64,000 nucleotides of DNA from Octopus vulgaris. Lineage: Eukaryota. Positions 26,242 to 39,535 of this stretch are shown one piece after another; the first letter of the stretch is position 1, and every line of letters starts with the position of its first letter. The stretch is taken from assembly GCA_951406725.2 (NCBI GenBank), contig OX597817.1:156178001-156242000 (forward strand), in the 5' to 3' direction. A model generated the notes under the pieces. It was given only the letters and a program-made list of their open reading frames with translations. It did no database searches and was not told the origin of the DNA. The translations under genes were made by a program, and so were the position numbers.

Positions 26242-27317
26242 TATCACTTAGGTTGACGAGGGAAGGATGACCTCCCTTTGCAAATACCTTAAGGGCACAG
26301 AAAATGCGTCAATAGCCAGCTGGAGACGATGTTCTCTTGGGGCTACAAAGTACAGTAACACCCACCCTTAGTGGTTAGCCATATTGAGATGGCAAGTATA
26401 TCTCACAATGAATAATAAATTTCACATCTACTCTGAATGCACCACAAGCGCACGTGAGCCACTATTCTTTTCTACTCTAAGCACAAGGCCCGAAATTTTG
26501 GGGAAGAGGGCCAGTCGATTAGATCGACCCCAGTACTCAACTGGCACTTAATTTATCGACCCCGAAAAGATGAAAGGCAAAGTCAACCTCGGCGGAACGT
26601 GCGCCACTATTCGTAAGACTAATACCCTCATGTAATGTATGACGTTACACACGGGAGGCAACGAATGAACCGTAGAGGATAGTTCGAGCTGCTAACAACA
26701 ACAACCAAATCTCCCTCAACAACCCTATCGTCATAAAAAGATGAGATGTCACAGTCTGATCACCTTTCTTCATAGATCTGTCCAAAGTTGACTTAGTGCA
26801 AATAACAACTACATCACTTAGAAGCAAACATTACACGCAAGCCTCTTTCTTTTGACTAAATTTCTCTCTCCCCCTCTCGTCTTAAAAAGGAAGTTTATAT
26901 TGGGTAACATAGTTCAGGGTACAATACATTAGGAAAGTAGACGGGCTGATCGCGTTTGGAATGCCTTTGACTTTAGGTCTGATTATCAACTTCATCAGCG
27001 GCAAGTTTCAGTTTTAAATGCGGACGTGGTTTCTTCAATCTCTGGTTTACACCTGGTATACTTAACCCCTTTTACTGTGGAAAGTAGATATATCCACTCA
27101 AAATTTCTATATTGTTAACTGCGGGAAAACCCGTTTTTTCTTGAGATACGTCAAGTTTACAGATGCAATATGAGTGCTGAAAATTTCCAAGTTTTTTAAA
27201 AATAGATATTTAACATTATTACAGGAATAACCATAAAATTTATTTTCCCAAATAAAGGTTTAAAGCTACTGTAACCACTCGAGCACTGCCAAATATGAAA
27301 TGTTATCTATCTACAGA

Positions 27318-27467
27318 CACTAGCGTAGCTGGAGTGTGTGCCCCCGCCCACCAAGGACACCACGAAAACACATTTCCTGAAGCAATAACCTACAGTAGGA
27401 TGAAAAATTCCGCCCTTTAAAAGTGCCACTCGGGGCGGACCCTCCCCGCCCCCAAGCTATGCTAGTG
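27318..27467. mobile_element. hAT-type MITE
   Basis: TIR CACTAGCGTAGCT/AGCTATGCTAGTG; perfect 8-bp TSD TCTACAGA. Confidence 0.88.
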
Positions 27468-27524
27468 TCTACAGAGAGTACACAGCGCTGATTAGTCAGC
27501 TGATCAAACCCATACAGATTATCA

Positions 27525-28110
27525 AAGGCGGCGAGCTGGCAGAAACGTTAGCATGCCAGGCGAAATTCTTAGTGGTATTTCGTTTGTCTTTATGTCCTGA
27601 GCTCAAATTCCGCCGAGGTCGACTTTACCTTTCATCCTTTCGGGGTCGATTAGATAAGTACCAGTTACGCACTGGGGTCGATATAATCGACTTAATCCGT
27701 TTGTCTGTCCTTGTTTGTCCTCTCTGTGTTTAACCCCTTGTGGGTAGTAAAGAAATAGGTATTTCATCTGTCTTTACGTTCTGAGTTCAAATTCCGCCGA
27801 GGTCGACTTTGCCTTTCATCCTTTCGGGGTTGATAACTTAAGTACCAGTTACGCACTGGGGTCGATATAATCGACTTAATCCGTTTGTCTGTCCTTGTTT
27901 GTCCTCTCTGTGTTTAACCCCTTGTGGGTAGTAAAGAAATAGGTATTTCATCTGTCTTTACGTTCTGAGTTCAAATTCCGCCGAGGTCGACTTTGCCTTT
28001 CATCCTTTCGGGGTTGATAACTTAAGTACCAGTTACGCATTGGGGTCGATGTAATCGATTTAATTCCTTTGTCTGTCCTTGTTCGTCCCCTTGTGGGCAG
28101 TAAAGAAATA
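27525..28110 (+). mobile_element. SINE family C, one head plus three bodies
   Basis: 184-bp period; flanked by TSD ATTATCAAA. Confidence 0.9.
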
Positions 28111-28320
28111 ATATTATCAAATGTATCATATCAGTATACAATTTTTCATTTAATTTACATCTAAGTATAAATTATCGGCTAGAGCTGCCTTTCAAATTTT
28201 AAAGTAAAATATTTTCTCTTACTCTACTCGAAATCATTGTTCCTTCACTTCGTACTTTAAGGAGCACCTCTCCCACATTTGCCACTCACGTTGAGAACCA
28301 TCAGCGTACATATGTGGAAT

Positions 28321-28691
28321 GGAAGCACTCCGTCGGTTACGACGACGAGGGTTCCGGTTGATCCGAATCAACGGAACAGCCTGCTCGTGAAATTAACGTG
28401 TAAGTGGCTGAGCACTCCACAGACACGTGTACCCTCGGGGATATTCAGCGTGACACAGAGAGTGACAAGGCCGGCCCTTTCAAATACAAGGTACAACAGA
28501 AACAGGAAGTAAGAGTGAGAGAAAGTTGCGGTGAAAGAGTACAGCAGGGATCACCACCACCCCCTGCCGGAGCCTCGTGGAGCTTTAGGTGTTTTCGCTC
28601 AATAAACACTCACAACGCCCGGTCTGGGAATCGAAACCGCGATCCTATGACCGCGAGTCCGCTGCCCTAACCACTGGGCCATTGCGCCTCC
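28321..28691 (-). mobile_element. SINE family A
   Basis: Full copy; TSD CGTACATATGT. Confidence 0.92.
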
Positions 28692-29904
28692 ACGTACATA
28701 TGTAAACATAATGTAACAATTGTGTTTTTTAATTCAGTCGAGTGTCCTATTTTAATTTTCGAGCTCATCAGATGGAATAGAGGGGCCAAAATTCTTCTAT
28801 ACAACATTGTACTCCCTCTCGAAACAGTCTCTTGATATTTTTGTGATGTAGCTTTCTTTTCTCTTTGCTTTTCTTCCATTTCATTATTTGAAAAGACAGT
28901 TCGTTGATTGTCTAGATTTCTGCAATTTCGTTTCCCGCAAGCATTTATATTTTAATAACCAATGTTTCTTGTGGATATTTCTTTTTCTTTACTCTTCTTT
29001 TCTTCAAATACTCTCCTTCCAACACCGCTATGTCCACATTTCAAGTGTCTTAATGCACACAATAAATTCCATTTTGCTTTATAACTTATCCTATTTTAGA
29101 TTACTTCGCTGTATTCAGCTTGCTTTCCTATTTCCTTTTCAAAAACAATATTCTGAAAGACGAGCTTACGCCAACTCGCATTCAGCTTGTGTGTTATGTT
29201 TTTGTATTGTATGACAGTTGACGCTTAATTTAAAATATCTAATTTACGAAAAAGGGAATTAAAACAGCTGTATAGAAACAGCTCCAGGATCTGATAAAAT
29301 TATTTTTATGCGCGTACATTTTAGAAATAAGTTCGAAAGTTATGCTAATGAGAGAATGTGAATAGGATTTAGACTATCGCGATTCTTTCCGAATGCTATT
29401 ACATCTATTTTTGTACGTGGATTTACTTTTACGTTTACCTTATGTCACAAATGTATTATTGATTGCATATCTTAATAGATCAGTCACTGGTTGACGACTG
29501 GAGCGGTAAGAGAGTGTCTTTGTCTCGGTGCTGCACAAATATAGCAGAGTACTTCGTTCGAAGAGCAACGGTTTTTCGGTTTTCTCACTGATATCTACAT
29601 TCTACGAAGATAGGCGAAGGAGCAAGAAGCAGGTGTATTAGTTTGACGCTCGGGAAGAATGGAAAAGTCTTTGATGTTTCGAGCTTACGCTCTTCGATAG
29701 AAAGAATTGAGAGGGGGAAAATGGAGAGAGAACATACATACATTCATACACACACATGGTGGCTGCCCCCTCGTTATCGAGTATGGCCATTGCACTCAAT
29801 GTTGTTATCATGCAATGCCTGTGCAAGAAGATTTTTTTTAAAGTGAGGAAAAGTTGTGCACTGAGTCAATCCCACTCACTAAGCAACAGCAGCCATAATC
29901 CGAA

Positions 29905-30300
29905 AAGAAGAACAAGTCAACATCATCGGGAACCACTGAGCCGCAGGTTTTATGTTGGAGATATCCCAGTTACCTGAGTTACCTTCTCCTAGAAGGATGC
30001 CCTAACAAAGGCTAGGAGTCCTTCACTCCCAATGGTTTAACCGCGCGATTGGGTATTCAGTCCGATTATTTCTATGTCCCCGCGCATGATACAGCCTTAA
30101 GACATTTATTGGATGGCCGTTGACTCTCAAGAGTTCCTCCGCCCTTTGACGGGTTTTGTTTTTCATCCCGCAGGGTGTCCAATAAACACCCTCCTCACCA
30201 AGCAAGCTTGTTGGGGTTACCGGTTTAGTCGCCGACGACCCGACCATGCAACAGGTTGTGCTGGGTTACATGTTACCAGTAGCACTCGAAAGTGACCTGA
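29905..30300 (-). mobile_element. Probable RTE-clade LINE 5' UTR fragment
   Basis: GC-richer and hairpin-dense; motifs GGTC..GACTAAAC and TCTAGGAGAAGGTAACTC resemble RTE 5' UTRs (recall). Confidence 0.5.
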
Positions 30301-31382
30301 CATACACACACACATACCTGCATACACACACATAGACATACATAACACATACATACATACATGCATACATACATACGTACTCATTTATACAAATACACAC
30401 ACGCACACTATAGGCTACTGCACAATTTCCATCTATCAGATTTTACCCACGAGTCATGCGCCTTCACGAGTTCTACTATATGTATCGACTAAACGTAGTA
30501 CTCTGTATCTCAGTAAAACACATATATCCTCATTTGCTATCTAATGTTCGAAATTATACTATGCTAAGTGGACTGGAGCAACGTGAAATGAAGTGTTTTG
30601 CTCAAAAACACAGCACACCGCCGGTCCGACAATCGAAACCTCGATCTTGCGACAGTGAGTGCAATACCCTAACCAGTAGGCCACGCACCTTCGCATTATA
30701 TTTATGATATGTTCGCTAATTGTACTTAGTCATTTTATAGATAATGTTCTGAGTTGGGTTATCCATATTTATTTTTTGTTTGGTAATACCGGATCTAAGT
30801 TTTGCCTTAAAAATATCGAAATTGCGTTAGTGTTGCTCCTATTCAGTTTCATAATTAATGTAGGTTCCAATCGAAAACAACTTATTTAGGAACATTAAAT
30901 AGTTTTAATACACATGATAATTCTTTTAAATGATTTTATCAGATCCCGGAGGGTGTTGCTATGAAACTGCTGTAGTTTATCTTTTCGTTAATTAGATATT
31001 TTATTTGACTGTCAGCTATCATACACATAAATACACAAAATGAATAAAAAGTGTTGGCATAAACTGTCCTCCAGAACATTTCTTTTTAATAGGAAAACGA
31101 GAAACAATTCCAAAACAAAAAAAAAAGGTAACATAGAATAGGATAAAATATGGAATAAACTTGAAATTATTATGTATTAGACAGTGGAATAAGTGTATGA
31201 GAGATATTTAAATGAAAGAAACGACTTTCAAGAGAGACACTTTATTAAAATAGAAATGCTTACGGGAAATGAAACTGCAGAAAACCAGATAATTAAGTGA
31301 GTTTTAAAAAAGAAAAAAAAGTAATATGGCAAAAGGTATTTCGATTTTATATTCCATCTGATGACATCGTAAAAGAGTACAT

Positions 31383-31800
31383 GGATCTTTTCAGTTTAAA
31401 CGGCAGTTTTTAACATAATTTCTAGGTAACTAAGAAATTTTAAACTTCGTATACTGGTAGAATGTGTTTATAGAACATCTTTTTCTCTTGGCTTTATTGA
31501 GAAAATTCTATGGTTTGTAAGATATTTGTTGTTTTTTTTTCTTCAATTTCTGAAATTTTAACCAAACAATGACGTCCATTGAGGTAACAAACATTCTGTG
31601 CCGTATGAATATGTCCCTCGTTTAAGAAACAGATTGGGTTTATTTACATTTGTGAAGAAAACAAGATACCTTTCCCCCCACCCCTAACCCTAACCCTAAA
31701 ACAGATTGAAATGCAATAGATCAATACTAGGGTCATAATTATGGGTGACAATTTCATATGACACCGCTAGAAAAAACTGCCGTTCAAACCGAAAAGACCC
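31383..31800. mobile_element. MITE with ~28-bp TIRs and internal (CCCTAA)n
   Basis: GGATCTTTTCAGTTTAAACGGCAGTTTTT / AAAAACTGCCGTTCAAACCGAAAAGACCC; second copy at 62946-63361. Confidence 0.85.
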
Positions 31801-32235
31801 GAAAACATACTTTCGGAGACACGCCACTAAACGAAGGAGTTACATTACATTTATGTTGTTGTTGCCGCTGTTGTTGAAGTTAAGACCTAAATCACCCCCA
31901 TAACCAAGTAGAGCCGTGTTCAGTGCATTCCAGACGTGACTATTCCGTCTCATGTGGGGTATCTCTAGGATTATAGTATCCAAAGCGTGTTTAACTTTTT
32001 TTTTCTGTGATAGTGAAATCTGAAGAAGGATATTTGACTTAATCTAAACAAAAATAGTTGTTCTTATTTATAGAATTCAACAAACAAACTATTTGCTTGT
32101 TTCTAATAGGTTAAGCGACCGCGTAGAAACCTAATTTGATGACACTGTGGACTCTTAGACCTGGATGTTAAAAATGGAAAAAATGACCCCGTTAGATAGG
32201 GAAAGTACATAAAAGATAATTTAGATTTAGGGGAC

Positions 32236-32266
<31 letters not shown>

Positions 32267-32590
32267 CAGAGAGAGGCAGACAGACAGAGATTTTACTTTA
32301 AAATCGAAGTAAATTATTATTTGCATTTAAGGAATAAACATGGCTGTGTGGTTAAGAAGCTCGCTTTGCGGCCACATGATTCTGGGTTCAATCCCACTGC
32401 GTGGCATCTTGGGAAAGTATTTTCTACAAAAGCTATTCCTTTACTACCCACAAGAGGCTAAACACAGAGGGGACAGACAAAAGGATTAAGTCGATTACAT
32501 CGACCCCAGTGCGTAACTGGTACTTAATTTATCGACCCCGAAAGGATGAAAGGCAAAGTCGACCTCGGCGGAATTTGAACTCATGTTATC

Positions 32591-33247
32591 ATGTACATGA
32601 TAACACTTCCAATCAGTTAAGATCAGAAGCCATGAGAGCCACTATCTGGTACTGCATAAGGGCAATTATTATAATTATTTATTATTATTATTGAGTGAGC
32701 GAGCAGAGCATGCCATCAAAGTGACACTGGGGTAAAATATACGAAGCCCAGTATACCCATCATGACTGCCCGTCTGATAAGGGTACACCAGGCACATGCA
32801 TCACAACCATATGTGCGCGACATGGTGATCTCATATCAAGATAAACAGCACATGACCTTGCAGGTGGCGCCCAGTTAGAATTTTCTTCAGATCGAGTAAC
32901 CCATCCCGCTCAAAAGGTCCCTGAATAAGGGTTGTTTAAGGACGTTGAACGAAACACCCATGTTTCCAGAGGTGAATTATTCAAACCCCAAAGAATCCTT
33001 CTCAACACATGGCTATGATGCTACCCCACTACTTCTGCTCGTGATCAGAGATGCACATATCGTCAGCCACTAAGGGACATGCTCAACTGGTTACGGTCAA
33101 ACAACTGACAAGCAAATCTGCGGTATTGAGCAGAATATTTGCTGTAGCCCATCTTTTATACCAAGACAAAACAATGTACATGATAACACTTCCAATCAGT
33201 TAAGATCAGAAGCCATGAGAGCCACTGCCTGGTACTGCATCATGGCA

Positions 33248-33250
<3 letters not shown>
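32591..33250. mobile_element. Non-coding interspersed element bounded by (ATT)n, with duplicated terminus
   Basis: A ~560-bp body (32692-33250) between ATT arrays; its terminal ~67 bp is repeated at 32591-32657. Confidence 0.6.
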
Positions 33251-33325
<75 letters not shown>

Positions 33326-33713
33326 GGGGGTGAGCTGGCAGAGTTACTCCGATATCTTAACACTAAAATAATTCGTGAGATCTAACAGCACTCTTAGTGT
33401 TGCATAATGTGTTAAAATTCTCACAATTCTTCATGATCTGCTGCAAAGCATATGGAGCAGTATACTGTTATAATTATCGCTTCATTCTGTTCATGAGAAT
33501 GTGAAGGCTGCAAAATGTTATGAGATGGATTTTAAGATCGTTAATATTCATCCAAACTAAACATAAAGGGATCGATGAAGACATTTGAAAGACCCTTAAA
33601 AAAAAAAAGGATTAAGCTCGAACATAATTGCGTCTCATTCAAGCACTGGACGATGTAATCGACTGACCCGTTCCTCACTCAAAATTGCTGGTCTTGTGCC
33701 TAAATCAGAAATT

Positions 33714-33747
<34 letters not shown>

Positions 33748-33780
33748 TAGGCTTCTTTTTTTTTTACTTTCTTATATATA

Positions 33781-34174
33781 CACTCTTTTATTTGTTTCAG
33801 TCATTTGGCTGTGGCCATTCTGGAGCACCGCCTTTAGTCGAGCAAAATCGACTCCAGGACTTATTCTTTGTAAGCCTAGTACTTATTCTATCGGTCACTT
33901 TTGCCGAACCGCTAAGTAACGGGGACGTAAACACACCAGCATCGGTTGTCAAGCGATGTTGGGGGGGGGGAACAAACACAGACACACAAACATATACACA
34001 CACATACATATGTATATACATATATACGACAGGCTTCTTTCAGTTTCCGTCTACCAAATCAACTCACAAGGCTTTGATTGGCCCGAGGCTATAGTGGAAG
34101 ACACTTGCCCAAGGCGCCATGCAGTGGGACTGAACCCGAAACCATGTGGCTCGCAAGCAAGCTACTTACCACAG
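33781..34174 (-). mobile_element. SINE family B
   Basis: Sequence match to other copies. Confidence 0.88.
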
Positions 34175-34196
34175 CTGTTTATAATGTATGTGCAGA

Positions 34197-34330
34197 GGTA
34201 CCTATAGAGATGGTTCTATAGATACATATAGAGATGGTTCTATAGATACATATAGAGATGGTTCTATAGGTACCTATAGAGATGGTTCTATAGGTACCTA
34301 TAGAGATATGAGGTACCAATAAAGATGATC
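34197..34330. repeat. 24-bp palindromic minisatellite
   Basis: About 5 units of AGGTACCTATAGAGATGGTTCTAT. Confidence 0.9.
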
Positions 34331-34534
34331 ATTTGTCATTCGAGAAGTAAGGAGAATTACTTTTGTCTGGAGAATTGCTAGTTGGGGGTAACTATACGGT
34401 GTTTACGTTATGTAAAGGAAAGCTACTAAGATATTGGCATTGCAGGCTGGCTGCAGCCAAAGACCACTGTGGTCAGTGCTGTTCTTATGCGATTTTTTAT
34501 TAGAATGAAATATGGAGTTGCAGCTTAACAATGT

Positions 34535-34855
34535 GGAGGTGCAATGGCCCAGTGGTTAAGGCAGCGGACTCACGGTCGGAGGATCGCGGTTTCGATTCCC
34601 AGACCGGGCGTTGTGTGTGTTTATTGAGAGAAAACAACTAAAAACTCCACGAGGCTCCGGCAGGGGGTGGTGGCGACCCTGTTGTACTCTTTAGCCACAA
34701 CTTTCTCTCACTCTTTCTTCCTGTTTCTTGAGTAACGCTGCGATGGACTGGCGTCCCGTCCAGCTGGGGGGGGGACACATACGCCACTGAAACTGGGAAA
34801 CCGGGCCCATGAACCTGGCTAGGCTTGAAAAGGGCGACGAAGAAAACGGAGAAGA
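34535..34855 (+). mobile_element. SINE with family A head and a different tail
   Basis: Matches family A to about 34725 then diverges; TSD AGCTTAAYAATG. Confidence 0.8.
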
Positions 34856-35173
34856 AGCTTAATAATGCTCAAACTTATAAAAATGTTGTCTATTCTATCT
34901 ACTCTTCATCAGTTCCTAAGCGTATCGAGATAAAACGGTAGAATCTATTTTATTTCTGGATCTGATGGAATAAGTGTGGGGTACATTAATGCTTTTAAAT
35001 ACATTTACCTTGAGATCTTTAATTCTTTTCTCTACCTTTTTTTTTCTTTACAAATTATTTCAGTCACATACACAAAAACGTTTGTGAAACATTTGGGCAG
35101 GTGGTGGCTTTTTTTCAGGCGATTAGTTTGCGAAGTAACTTGTTCTATAACTTTGGTTATAGCAGAATATTTA

Positions 35174-35487
35174 GTATGCGATGCTTTTCAAGCAACTATA
35201 GCTAACTTTCACGTTATTCTTTTTGAATTACTTATGATATTTAACGCTGATAGATAGATCTCTTTCTTTTCCCTTCGGCAGCAACATTCTAACTATATTG
35301 AATATCACACACATACAATGAGGGATGTGGTATGCGATGCTTTTCAAGCAACTGTAGCTAACTTTCACGTTATTCTTTTTGAATTACTTATGATATTTAA
35401 CGCTGATAGATAGATCTCTTTCTTTTACCATCGGCAGAAGCATTCTAACTATATTGAATACCACACACATACAATGAGGGATGTGGT
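35174..35487. repeat. 156-bp tandem duplication
   Basis: Units start at 35174 and 35330, with a few substitutions. Confidence 0.92.
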
Positions 35488-35711
35488 GTTAAACAAGTTA
35501 ATGTGCATTTTCTTAGTTGTACTACTTTGTAGTTTTTGTTCCATTCATTCTACTTTATCTTTGAAACACATTTTTTCAATGAAGAGAGCGATGTGATTAA
35601 ATACGATATTCCTCTACTAATGCTATTAAGGTTTGTGATTTTGGGCAGATGGTTGATTTCTTTTTTATGTATTTGTATTATATTTCCATTTGGTTTCTAT
35701 AAATAGTGGCG

Positions 35712-35792
35712 ATATATGTGTGTGCGCGTATGTATATATAAATATGTAAATATACATATATATGCATGTATGTTTGTTTATATATATATATG

Positions 35793-35848
<56 letters not shown>

Positions 35849-35934
35849 TATAGTACGTATGTATATATATGTGTATGTATATATATATATATGTATATAT
35901 CTGTATGTATATATATATATGTATGTATATATAT

Positions 35935-35965
<31 letters not shown>

Positions 35966-36001
35966 TGTATATATGTGTATATATATGTGTGTGTGTATAT
36001 G

Positions 36002-36070
<69 letters not shown>

Positions 36071-36075
36071 ATGAA
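35712..36075. repeat. (TA)n/(TG)n microsatellite
   Basis: Direct array. Confidence 0.95.
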
Positions 36076-36751
36076 TGAATGAATGTGCATTTCTGTCTAC
36101 AATTATATGTATATTTATATTGATAGCAGGGTATTCGAATGAGCAGTTAGTATGTGCGTGTCTTATTATGTATATATGTATACATGCTAGTGCTAATATC
36201 TGTGTGTGTGTGTGCGCGCGCACGCGTATGTGTGTGTGTGTGAGCGTGATTCTATATTTGGTCGAGTTATTGCCTATGCGTGTGGTGGGGAGTGATTCTC
36301 GGATGTATGTCAAGAGTCGGGAAATCTCCAATTGAGTAAGCAAGAGGCAGAGAGAGAGAGAGAGACTGGCAAAGACTGTATTTTGAGAGAGAGAGAGAGA
36401 GGGGGTGAGGAAGGAGGAAAGAGATAAAGAAAGAATGAGAGGGAATGGAGGAAATTGCGAGAGAGAATGTGAGAGATAAAAGGTTGACTTTGCAATGCCG
36501 GTGAAAATTGAAAGATCTGTGAAGGTGATGGAGGCAATGGGTTTAATTCTCTTGCTGATGAGAAGTCACTGGATGTTTATTGTTGGGGAAGGAAAGAAGA
36601 TGGGTGGGGATGATAAAGAGAGGGGAATATTGTATGTAGGAAGAAGGGAAAGACCTGAGAACTCAAAGGTCTGTGGTACCAAAGAGTTATCAATAATAAC
36701 TCAAGATGCACCAACTATATAAACATTGAAAATATTTGTGTTCTATAATGT

Positions 36752-37133
36752 GGAAGCACTCCGTCGGTTACGACGACGAGGGTTCCGGTTGATCCGATCA
36801 ACGGAACAGCCTGCTCGTGAAATTAACGTGTAAGTGGCTGAGCACTCCACAGACACGTGTACCCTTAACGTAGTTCTCGGGGATATTCAGTGTGACACAG
36901 AGAGTGACAAGGCCGGCCCTTTGAAATACAGGTACAACAGATACAGGAAGTAAGAGTGAGAGAAAGTTGTGGTGAAAGAGTACAGCAGGGATCACCACCA
37001 TCCCCTGCCGGAGCCTCGTGGAGCTGTTAGGTGTTTTCGCTTAATAAACACTCACAACGCCCGGTCTGGGAATCGAAACCGCGATCCTATGACCGCGAGT
37101 CCGCTGCCCTAACCACTGGGCCATTGCGCCTCC
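36752..37133 (-). mobile_element. SINE family A
   Basis: Full copy; TSD GTGTTCTATAAT. Confidence 0.92.
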
Positions 37134-37815
37134 ACGGTGTTCTATAATATTGTTTGATATGCTGACAGAATCGCTGTGGTGTCTAGCAGCGTACTTTACG
37201 TTCTGAGTTCAAATCCTACTGAGATCGACTTTGTAGTTCACTCCGGGGGTCAACTAAAAATATAATCATTCATGCGCTAAAATCAAAATTAATCGATGAT
37301 ACCTTCTCTTCCCGAAAGGTGTGGCCGAGTGCTCAATATTAGGCCTTTACGTCCAAATCCCGCCGAGGTTGACTTTGCAGATCACTCCGGATGTCAACTG
37401 AAAATGTGTCATTCGTGTGCTAAAATCGAATTTATCGATGTCTGGTAAGAAGCCTGCTTCCCAACTACATGGAAGACACTTGCCTAGCCTAGGGCCGACC
37501 AGTCTTGTGAGTGGACTTGGTGTACAGAAACGTGTGTGTGTGTTTGTGTATTTTCCTCTTATGACTGTTTGACAACCGGTCCTGGTGTGTTTACGTCCCC
37601 GTAACTTAACGGTTCGGCAAAAGTGACCGATAGAATAAGTACCAAGCTTTAAAAAAAAATAAGTTCTGGTGTCGATGCATTCGACTAAAAATTCTTCAAG
37701 GCGATGCCCCAGCATGACCTCAATCTGATGACTGAAACAGATAAAAGATAAATGATACCTTCTCTTCCCGAAAGATGTGGCCTTGTGCTGAAGATTAGAA
37801 ATAAATTTTTACTTG

Positions 37816-38337
37816 CCGTAAATCCTCGAGTATAGTCCGCCCTTGAGTATAATACGCAGGGGATTTTTAGGGGACTGTACCTCTGAAAAACCTAAACCTT
37901 GTGTATAATACGCACCCCTTCTCTAACTTGAGTCAATGAGGTCTATAAAACGTCATTGGTTTGTAAAGATATATACGGTAACGTCCTTTATTATTATTGT
38001 ATATATAACATAATGCAAACATGTAGCATTTTTGTGCATTTTGTTTGCAGAAAATAAAGAAATAACAGTAATAACAGTAACAACGTTTAATAAATGTTGC
38101 TTACTGCAAGTTATGGATGATTCTTTTATGACTTCATTGCTTTCAGGCTTGGCTTAAGGTATTTTCGCGCCCGACATCACAAAATGCGTTTGAATAAACA
38201 TTGCCAGACAGCAAATAGAGGCTCGGACATTGCTTAGGAAATATTTTTCATTTTAAAACTCGTATATAGTACGCACTAGGGATTTTGACCTTTAAATTTT
38301 TGGGGAAAAAATGCGGATTATACTCGAGGATTTACGG
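37816..38337. mobile_element. pogo/Tigger-like MITE
   Basis: TIR CCGTAAATCCTCGAGTATAGTCCGC / GCGGATTATACTCGAGGATTTACGG followed by TA; subterminal repeats. Confidence 0.85.
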
Positions 38338-38651
38338 TATCTAAATAAGAGCCAATAAAAACGCAGCTATGTTATATAGCTGGTCATTATAGTTGCTGGT
38401 CATTCAAGAAAAAGAAATCATAGCCGTCACCTGCAAGCGAATGTGGCTAGGTAGCTTCACTATGCTTTCGCTTATTATTTTAGGTTCTCTTGTAGTCGCG
38501 AAAAGCAGAGATATTCTCTCGGTCTATATATCTGTTAGAAATAACAGCCAGGTTTCTCGAAATCGCATCAGGAAATTTAGTTCAACGAATACTTAACTGG
38601 CAAAGACATGAGTGGATGGTCACGGCTAGAATACATTTAATCTGTTCGATC

Positions 38652-38858
<207 letters not shown>

Positions 38859-39267
38859 TGTGTGTGTATTAATGTATGTATACTTATGTGTTTAGACGAG
38901 AAAAGGTATAGCTATTGGTTTATAGAAACTGAGAGAGGATAAGGGAAGTCTAGAGCGGTGGGAGAGAGAGAGAGAGCGAGGAAGGGAGAGCGGTTCATTG
39001 ATAACAATTGAGACGTGAGAAGGGAAGAGCCGGAAAATGGATCAGGAAGCATTAAGAGAAAGGGAGACTGGTGAAGCAGTATGTGTGTGCGCATGCGTGA
39101 ATGTGTGCGTATTTTGGAAGCGATGGAGGATAAGAAAGGAAAGAAGTGGAAGGGAAAAGAGGATAAAGATAAAGTGTTTACTGATCCGTCTCAATCCGCT
39201 CATGTATAATAATACACACAGCACATATTTACAAACAGGTGCACCGTTTAATACAATTTGCACCATG

Positions 39268-39501
39268 CATACATACATACATACATACATACATACATAC
39301 ATACATACATACATACATACATACATACGTACGTACGTACGTACGTACGTACATACATACATACATACATACATACATACATACATACATACATACATAC
39401 ATACGTACATACATACATACATACATACATACATACATGCATACATACGTACATACGTACGTACGTACGTACATACATACAAACATACATACATACATAC
39501 A

Positions 39502-39535
<34 letters not shown>

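Larger units (their letters stand above)
25815..26407. mobile_element. Inverted pair of ~270-bp Penelope-like pseudo-LTRs
   Basis: Arms 25815-26085 and 26137-26407 are reverse complements with few mismatches; each holds a hammerhead. Confidence 0.85.

Noticed and set aside
28755-31400. ATTCCATCTGATGA in two old related repeats (28770 minus, 31355 plus)
   Set aside because: Possibly fossil PLE hammerheads, but stems I and III cannot be formed.
31681-31698. (CCCTAA)3 as an interstitial telomere
   Set aside because: An internal part of a MITE, also present in the second copy.
36798-37001. Recurrent 67-aa ORF MVVIPAVLFHHNFLSLLLP... seen about 8 times
   Set aside because: It lies inside SINE family A copies with TSDs and is broken by indels in some copies; no evidence it is a gene family.
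37720-37750. CTGATGA-ct-GAAA-caga-TA hammerhead-like string
   Set aside because: A mutated SINE B tail (CAAATGACTGAAAC) with no supporting helices.
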